DNA of 62,935 nt, filler included, from Octopus bimaculoides (lineage: Eukaryota): the NCBI RefSeq assembly GCF_001194135.2. It is 5 parts of 4 records of this genome, joined end to end, with 100 filler letters (N's around TTAATTAATTAA, not from the genome) between each part and the next. Parts side by side here need not be neighbours in the genome. Positions count along the whole stretch, not along the records: positions 50,276 to 59,769 come from NC_069002.1; positions 59,870 to 62,935 come from NC_068981.1; 3 more parts are not named here. One strand, written 5' to 3'. The notes below the pieces were generated by a model. The model searched no databases. It worked only from the letters and a program-made list of their open reading frames with translations, and was not told the DNA's origin. Shown piece by piece: positions 54,753 through 62,935 of this stretch. Made by a program: the position numbers and the translations under genes. How positions within the stretch are numbered: position 1 is the stretch's first letter; every line of letters starts with the position of its first letter.

Positions 54753-55699
54753 NNNNNNNNNNNNNNNNNNNNNNNNNNNNNNNNNNNNNNNNNNNNNNNN
54801 NNNNNNNNNNNNNNNNNNNNNNNNNNNNNNNNNNNNNNNNNNNNNNNNNNNNNNNNNNNNNNNNNNNNNNNNNNNNNNNNNNNNNNNNNNNNNNNNNNNN
54901 NNNNNNNNNNNNNNNNNNNNNNNNNNNNNNNNNNNNNNNNNNNNNNNNNNNNNNNNNNNNNNNNNNNNNNNNNNNNNNNNNNNNNNNNNNNNNNNNNNNN
55001 NNNNNNNNNNNNNNNNNNNNNNNNNNNNNNNNNNNNNNNNNNNNNNNNNNNNNNNNNNNNNNNNNNNNNNNNNNNNNNNNNNNNNNNNNNNNNNNNNNNN
55101 NNNNNNNNNNNNNNNNNNNNNNNNNNNNNNNNNNNNTATATATATATACATATATATATTTATGCATGCATGTATGTATGTATGTATGTATTGCCTGAAG
55201 TATAATAGTTATCTCATTAACCTAACTAACGAAGATTAACAGTTTACACCAATTCAGTAATTAATTGTACCCTACTTTATATATAAAGCAACATGCGATA
55301 CAGATTTTGAGAAAATTTTGTAAATGTCTTTTATGTAGAAACGTAAAAATCGTCCTGGCATTTAGGCTTATTAAGCCGCATTTATTCGTGTTGTTTACAC
55401 ACGCAATTACATAGAAGATAATTAATTAAGCAATGCTCATTTGGATTTAATGATTCTAATAAACATTGCACTAATTAGAGGGAATATAGTGAAAAACTGC
55501 AACAACATTAAATAAAAATATTGAGATAGAAGTAGAAATAAATAAACAAGCGTAGAGCGCCGAGAGAAACAAGCATAAAAATATGTGTATGCATGTATGT
55601 ATGTATGTACGAATGTATGTGTATATATATATATATATATAAACAAAAGTAAATGAGTATATGCATATATACGTACAGGTATGTGCATACCGACATCCA

Positions 55700-56110
55700 C
55701 CTGTATGTATAGGTGCATATCTGGGTACAGGACATTGCAAACAAACGTAGACGAGAACACACGAGCCACATAGAGAACATTCTACTTCATCAGCTACCCA
55801 CGTTTTAACACCAGCGTTTCGACGAGCTTCGGGCAGGACGCAACGTTAAAACGGCTCGTCCCATGGATCGCAGATTAAATCTGTATACGCAAATTAAATC
55901 TAGCCATGGAGGAATGTAGTGGCGGACAAAAAACAAGACAGGAAAACAAACAGAAAAGGCTTTACGGCCAGACGAGAAAAATTATGTGTGTATGAACGCG
56001 ATGAGGCACGGAACCGAGAGAGACAAAGTGATGGCGTGTGTTACTTGGCGAAAGCCAAGGAAGGAAAGGATTATTGACCGGAAGCATGTGACCATGCCGG
56101 TGTAAAGGGA
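55700..56110 (-). mobile_element. Repeat family H1 (probable PLE 3' end) with intact-looking permuted hammerhead motif
   Basis: Homologous to 60760-61055; the upstream minus-strand frame FVSLGSVPHRVHT weakly resembles a PLE GIY-YIG C-terminus. Confidence 0.7.
55785..55860 (-). ncRNA. Candidate non-circularly permuted hammerhead ribozyme (H1 copy 1)
   Basis: 5'-GACGAGC CGUUUUAAC guu GCGU-C CUGCCC gaa GCUCGUC GAAACGC uggu GUUAAAACG u GGGUAG CUGAUGA AG-3'. All core motifs are present and four helices can form. Confidence 0.65.
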
Positions 56111-56130
56111 AGAGAGAGAGTGGTAGTGAT

Positions 56131-56163
<33 letters not shown>

Positions 56164-56311
56164 GACACATACATATATATGTACACATACATACATATAT
56201 GTGCGGAAGAGTACGAGTGTATATATAAAATAATTATGTATATTTGTATCTGTATTTATGTATATTAAGAAGTTTTTCACCTGTCCGCTTACCCCTTAGC
56301 CTGTATCTACG

Positions 56312-56359
<48 letters not shown>

Positions 56360-56945
56360 TTGTGACTGTGTGTCACAAATACACACGTACATACATGCAT
56401 ACACATATTCATAAACAAAAACATAAATGTATCAATATATTGAATATATATATACCCACAATCATACATGAATACACATACAGAAAAGTATATATACATA
56501 CATATATACATATGTACATACATACATACATGCATACATACATATAGACTAACTTATACGCTTACATAAATAAAACTCTCATGGAAGACAGAGATCGAGA
56601 AAAACTGGGTGTTTATTATTGTTATCTTAGAAAACTATAGTTTAGAAAACTATGTTATTGTTTATTTTTATTCTTGATTATTTTATAGACTCACATATTA
56701 AAGATGGATGAAAAACGAAAAAGCAAATTCAAGCAATTTTATTGTGTGGATTCAAAATGGAAGGCGAAAGACCGGAAGATGCTCGAAGTTAAACAATATG
56801 TTTGAACTGAAGATCGTCAACCTACACCTAAACCGTTATTTCCCGAAATTTCGTAGTAGATATGAAGCAACGGAAAAAGTGAAAAGTTGTGGAAGAACGT
56901 TTATGAAAGACAGCAACCATTTGTATGTTGATATTGAGATGGCTC

Positions 56946-57253
56946 ATGTTGCTGCTGGCGCTCCGTCGCTTACGACGTCGAGGGTTCCAGTTGATCCGAT
57001 CAACGGAACAGCCTGCTCGTGAAATTAACGTGCAAGTGGCTGAGCACTCCACAGACACGTGTACCCTTAACGTAGTTCTCGGGGATATTCAGCGTGACAC
57101 AGTGTGACAAGGCTGGCCCTTTGAATTACAGGCACAACAGAAATAGGAAGTAAGAGTGAGAGAAAGTTGTGGTGGAAGAGTACAGCAGGGTTCGCCACCA
57201 TCCCCTGCCGGAGCCTCGTTAAGCTTTAGGTGTTTTCGCTCAATAAACACTCA
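56946..57253 (-). mobile_element. 5'-truncated SINE sharing the middle of family 4 but with a different 3' module
   Basis: Reverse complement matches 30641-30740 (TGAGTGTTTATTGAGCGAAAAC...CTTTCTCTCA), then continues with an unrelated GGGCCAGCCTTGTCACAC... tail. Confidence 0.8.
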
Positions 57254-58356
57254 AGCTATGTAGCAGCTGAAAACGCCTTCGAAGAATTCACCAATCCCAA
57301 TACTATAGAAGTCTATGTTCCCGGAATAAATAGATGTGTTTTCTTGGCAAAAATGCTTTTCGTCTACTGGTTATTATTTTGAATTCATGAAATTTATTCA
57401 GAGCTGAAAAATATTGCTTCAAAGTCGTTATCTAACATTTTCAACTATTTGTTGAAAGAGCTGCCGTAGTCTCCTGAAGGTCTTGAAGGCCACGTCGTCT
57501 TGCGGCACTGGCTTGCCTGTTATAGCAAATAGTCATTCTTAGAATCTTTCCGAAACATGGCAAATGTCACCTGCAGTGGGTTAATTGTGTCCCCAGTACT
57601 GCATTGCTCACTTCCGGTTCTATAGTAACTGATGCAATGATGGAGCACGTTCTATGTTGCGAGTATGAGAGCATCGGCTTGTCAAATCTTTGTTGAGTCA
57701 TACTTCATAATAAAATTGTATTCGAGGAATATTGAGGTCCAGCGTTGTAACCGATAAGGAATGGCTTAACGAGGTCTTTTTATTATTAATTCGATGATGT
57801 TGATGATGATTATGGTGATGGAGATGCTGCTCTTGCTGTAGCTGCTGCTGCTGATGCTGATGTTGATGAAGATGGTGATTATGAGGATAATAATTTTGTT
57901 AAGTTATTGTATTTAATCTTCAGGCCAGTCCCGAGCTAGCAGACATAAGTCGTTAATCCGCAGGTCAAACTTGATGGAGCAGACGAAAGTTGATGGTTTT
58001 TTTTTTTTGGTTTTTAATAATCAGTTCAGCGCTGATTTGGCAGGCCAGAGTTGATAGTTGCTAATCTGCAGGTCAGCGCTGACCTTGCAGATTTAAATCA
58101 CTGTTGTTGCTGTTGTTGTTAATAAGCTGCAGGTCAGCTGTGATCTAGTAGACTTATGATCAATGGCGGTTCAGTTGGGACTCTCCCCTCTTATTTTCAG
58201 ACATCGTGCCTCCAATCTACTCTGCTTAGTCTTGTTTGTAATGAGCTGGCAGAATCGTTAGCAAGCCGGACAAAATGCTTAACGCCATTTTTTCGGGCTA
58301 TATTCTTTTATTCTTTTATTTGTGGACATTGTATATTTTGCATATTATATACATAC

Positions 58357-58398
<42 letters not shown>

Positions 58399-58937
58399 NN
58401 NNNNNNNNNNNNNNNNNNNNNNNNNNNNNNNNNNNNNNNNNNNNNNNNNNNNNNNNNNNNNNNNNNNNNNNNNNNNNNNNNNNNNNNNNNNNNNNNNNNN
58501 NNNNNNNNNNNNNNNNNNNNNNNNNNNNNNNNNNNNNNNNNNNNNNNNNNNNNNNNNNNNNNNNNNNNNNNNNNNNNNNNNNNNNNNNNNNNNNNNNNNN
58601 NNNNNNNNNNNNNNNNNNNNNNNNNNNNNNNNNNNNNNNNNNNNNNNNNNNNNNNNNNNNNNNNNNNNNNNNNNNNNNNNNNNNNNNNNNNNNNNNNNNN
58701 NNNNNNNNNNNNNNNNNNNNNNNNNNNNNNNNNNNNNNNNNNNNNNNNNNNNNNNNNNNNNNNNNNNNNNNAGCCGGTTAGAAATCTTTATTAAAACATG
58801 TTTCCAATTTAGCATTCTGCCTTATTCTTCATTTTCCTATATATATAAACAGTGTGTATGTATGTATGTATGTATGTATGTATGTATGTATAGGGCTGGT
58901 GATGCAAACAGGAAAGCATAACGTATACACATATTTT

Positions 58938-58973
<36 letters not shown>

Positions 58974-59629
58974 GCGTTTTATTAATTTTAACCAGAAGTT
59001 ACAGAGTGGCTCAAGTGCCACGGCACGAAACTTTCCGTTCTTGAGTGACTCTGTAAATTTTGCCGATTATTAATATGATGTACGTATGTATGTCTAAATA
59101 CACGCAAATGTGTACGTGAATAGGTACGTATACACACACACACACACACATCTTCAACAGCCACATCTCGAGAAATGCCCAGAGCAAGACAGGAATCAAA
59201 AGTTTTGGAAGGTTAGCGTAATGGTTCTTTTGCGCCTTTTAAAGATCTCCTGATTCGCAAAAATCTATCCACTGACAGATAAAAATACATACATATATAT
59301 ATTTGTGTGTGTGTGTGTCAGTACCCGTGTGTATATGCGAAAGTGTGTGCGTATGTGTTTGCATGTGTATGTGGGTGTGTACATAGAATGAACATAAGCC
59401 GACGGAAACAACGACGTATTCTATTGCAGATATTAATCTAAAAAACCTACACAAACACACAAACACCCACCCACTCCCCCACATACAAACATGTACACAC
59501 ATATATACATACATACATATAGAAGTATGGACATTTTTATATATAAATATGCACATAGATATATACATACTATATATACATACATAACTATCTATCTATC
59601 TATCTATCTCTCTCTCTCTCACTCTCTCA

Positions 59630-59689
<60 letters not shown>

Positions 59690-60120
59690 GCATATATATA
59701 TATAATATATTAATATATATATGCATATATATATTTATCATAGCAAATATGTATATGTATTTATATATANNNNNNNNNNNNNNNNNNNNNNNNNNNNNNN
59801 NNNNNNNNNNNNNTTAATTAATTAANNNNNNNNNNNNNNNNNNNNNNNNNNNNNNNNNNNNNNNNNNNNCCACCACCACCACCACCATCACTGTTTGTAC
59901 CAGACAATGATATTAGATAAATTATATAATAAATTGTAGCTATGAATTTACATTAAGCCCAGAAGCATTAATAAATCAATAAATGGAGACAATCAGGTGA
60001 CCCCCACTCCTGAACAAAACATAGGGACAAAACGTTGGACGTAGTATCATGATATATACATATATGTATAAACACATACAAATGTACATTCATCTGTCTG
60101 TCTGTTTGTCTGTCTCTGTA

Positions 60121-60207
<87 letters not shown>

Positions 60208-60346
60208 GTTAGTCACAATGAAGATATTCAAACCTCTTATGGGGATATTTATCCAAGATACACTGGTTTAATATAAACAATTTTGAAGAGAAAAAACCTT
60301 CAATAAATATATTATATAGAATTTCGTAAGATATCAGACTTTCTCA

Positions 60347-60655
60347 TTGAGTTAGAAAACAGAGAGATCTAATGGATACAAACTAATTTATTAATTAATC
60401 AACATATTCACCAACAATTGTTTCATTTCTCAAATAAGATTAAAATTACAAAACATTCATAAAAATATACGTTTGTATTTTAAATACCTTATAAGGAAAA
60501 TCGTCAGGGTTTTCAGAGAACAGTAAGGATTACATTAGGATACTTATATATATATATATATATATACATGTTTACTTTGCGTGAAACAATTGTTGGTTAA
60601 TAGGTTGATTAATTAATAAATTAATTTGTATCCATTAGATCACTTTTTTTCTAAC

Positions 60656-60659
<4 letters not shown>
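60347..60659. mobile_element. mariner-type MITE with ~75-bp TIRs
   Basis: 60351-60425 is the near-perfect inverse of 60582-60655; the terminus TTGGGTTAG with adjacent TA is mariner-like. Confidence 0.75.
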
Positions 60660-60690
<31 letters not shown>

Positions 60691-60759
60691 CATATGATAT
60701 GTGAGCATATGCATATATACATACATATATGTACACACCTACATCTACATGTATATATA

Positions 60760-61055
60760 GATGCATATCCGGGTACAGGATGTAAAAAAAAAACGTGGAC
60801 ATAAAAGGAACGGGAACATAAACAAGGTACAAAAAAGGAACTTTTTTTTACGGACAACAGAATGAACACATAGGAAACAGACAAGCCACATATGGAACTT
60901 TTCCTTCATCAGCTGCCTCTATTCTAAACTAGGCGTTTCGAAGATGAGGCAGAACGCGCNNNNNNNNNNTCAGCTGCCTCTATTCTAAACTAGGCGTTTC
61001 GAAGATGAGGCAGAACGCGCTCTTAGAATAGCTCTTCCCGACAAAGCAGATTAAG
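60760..61055 (-). mobile_element. Repeat family H1 copy 2 with permuted hammerhead motif, partly duplicated across a 10-N gap
   Basis: 5'-GAAGAG CUAUUCUAA ga GCGCGU-U CUGCCUC AUCUUC GAAACGC cuagu UUAGAAUA GAGGCAG CUGAUGA AG-3', reconstructed across the gap. Confidence 0.7.
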
Positions 61056-61234
61056 TGACCAAGTAGTTCGGTATGTTAAAAGAACCATTATCGATAACTT
61101 ATACAAAAGTTTTATAATTATAAGCACAATTATAATTAGTGTTCAGCAAAAATTGCTTCACCACATACCGAAATTTAGAAATAGCAGTTAAAACACTATT
61201 CCACTACCATATATGTTAGAGGAACACCTAGGAA

Positions 61235-62085
61235 TCGAAGCCGGTTCAGTATCCGATGCAAAAAAATCAGCTAAGTAATATGAACACGATTCGCTCAAAT
61301 ATTGCTGTCGTCATCAACGCATTAACCATTCAGAAGTTTTATCGTTACTATGAACAACATAGGAAAAAATATTTACTCAAGTAAAATAGTTCAAAGTTTA
61401 TATGAAATGTTGTTGGATCAGGTACAACAATCATCGTGGTTGTAAGTTTCTTGTTCGCTGGATTTTGGGTGTCATCGCCATTGGCCATTGTCTTAATGCT
61501 GCGGACACTGTTTTGGCCTGCTTCCTGGTTTCATGCTGCTATCTACTGGCTAGTGGCTAAAATGCGCTCAATATATAGTCGATGTTCAAATCAGGGAAAG
61601 CACGGTAAAGGTTTGATCCTGTTCCAACAGAGGTTTTGATTGGTTAATGTTTTGATGACGTCAGCAATATATGAGCGAATTGCGTTCGTGTTACTTAGCT
61701 GTTTATCTTTTCTTCTTGCATCGGTTAATGATCTGGCTTCGATTTCTAAGCGTTTTGTGACAAGGAAATATTCCTCCCGACACACACGCATGCGCGCAAA
61801 AGGTACACTCACACAATCAGTGACACACAATTAGTTCTCATAGAACCAATTACACCATACACACACAAACGCGATCACACACACACACACACGCACATGC
61901 AAACACACAAACGCTCACTAGAATGCACATACGCAAAGAACCACGTTCACACATACATGCCTGCATATAAACATGCACATACACAGATACTTATCTCTTT
62001 CCCTTCCTCTTCCCACGTAAGACTACACACGTACATACAGAAATCTTGATTGGATTGACAGGCAGATTCGAAGTTGACATAGAGT

Positions 62086-62179
<94 letters not shown>

Positions 62180-62865
62180 CGAGGGTACGTTATTGAATAT
62201 ATCGCTGATAACCTTCAGGAACGCCATTCACATACGCAAATGCACACACGCGCACACACACATGGGCACGTACGCACACTCTTCCACTTCTCTCTCCTTA
62301 TCCTTCTCAAGTATACGACCATACAATTACGAACGACTCCATAAAAATAGGTGTTACGATAAAGAACACTGAAGTCTGAGATTTTTGATATAAAAATATT
62401 TATTTTTATTGTAAGCAAAGAAAAAAAATGTGATTGTTATTACAAACAACAAACACCGACGTAGTTTGAGGCTTATTGTTCTTGGACTAGGTATGACAAT
62501 CGCTGTTGTGATGTTAGCTGGCCATTGTATGTTGCTGTCGCCGCCGTCTATTGTTTTTGCGCTGTCACAACGCTCTAGTCTGCTGCTGGTTCTGCTACTA
62601 TCTGCTGACTGGCGTGTCTGTGTCTCGTCTACTGTCTACCAACTGCCGTCTGTTCATAGTGGCTAACAGCGCTGAATATATAATGGTGGTCTGGCTCAGA
62701 AAAAGCGCGCCAAAGATGCAATTACTGTTAGATCCGGTTCCACACGATGTCTTGAATGGTTAAATATTTTGATGATATCGATAATATTCTAGCGAATCGC
62801 GATTGTATTCTTGAATTATTTTTTTTGCATCGGATAATGTGATCCGGGTTCGATTGCTAAATACT
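61235..62865. repeat. Unclassified repeat: palindromic unit A(+)-X-A(-) at 61235-61750 and a second X-A(-) copy at 62500-62865
   Basis: AATCGAAGCCGG...ATCCGATGCAAAAAAA...GATTCGCT...CATCAA...TTAACCATTCA occurs once on + and twice on -; X (TGGCCATTGT...TAGTGGCTAA...GATCC.GTTCC) occurs twice. Confidence 0.7.
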
Positions 62866-62935
62866 CCTGCTTCATAGGTACCAACTCGAATACAAACAGA
62901 TTGGAAGCAGAGTTGAAAGAGAGAGAGAGAGAGAG

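Noticed and set aside
56800-56875. CTGAAGA...GAAATTTCGTA as a hammerhead
   Set aside because: No convincing stem I or stem II.
60910-61020. 50-bp exact tandem duplication suggesting a dimeric ribozyme arrangement
   Set aside because: The copies are identical and separated by a 10-N gap, most likely an unmerged contig overlap.
61630-61800. Promoter call from CRE, CCAAT and NRF1-like motifs
   Set aside because: The CRE and CCAAT motifs lie inside a repeated unit present three times locally.

Overview
Repeat-dense animal genomic DNA with many N gaps. The SINE, microsatellite and Penelope content strongly suggests Octopus (inference, not verified). Only two host-gene exons are supported. One is the last coding exon of a LIM-homeobox gene of the Lhx2/9 (apterous) class (+, 47523-47867). 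The other is the first coding exon of a type II membrane, Golgi-enzyme-like gene, possibly a polypeptide GalNAc-transferase (-, 26132-26314). The rest is intronic or intergenic: tRNA-derived SINEs, RTE and CR1/L2 LINE remnants, Penelope-like elements (PLEs), Tc1/mariner/maT/pogo remnants, MITEs and microsatellites. Most ORFs in the supplied track are microsatellite or gap artefacts. The most notable signal is a set of hammerhead-ribozyme-like motifs in two sequence-unrelated repeat families (five copies), probably PLE ends. In them the three catalytic-core strands occur in a non-circularly permuted order with covarying helices. Other observations include a palindromic double minimal hammerhead, a Tc1 element nested in a SINE, and an apparent CpG/SINE-density boundary near 27.5 kb.
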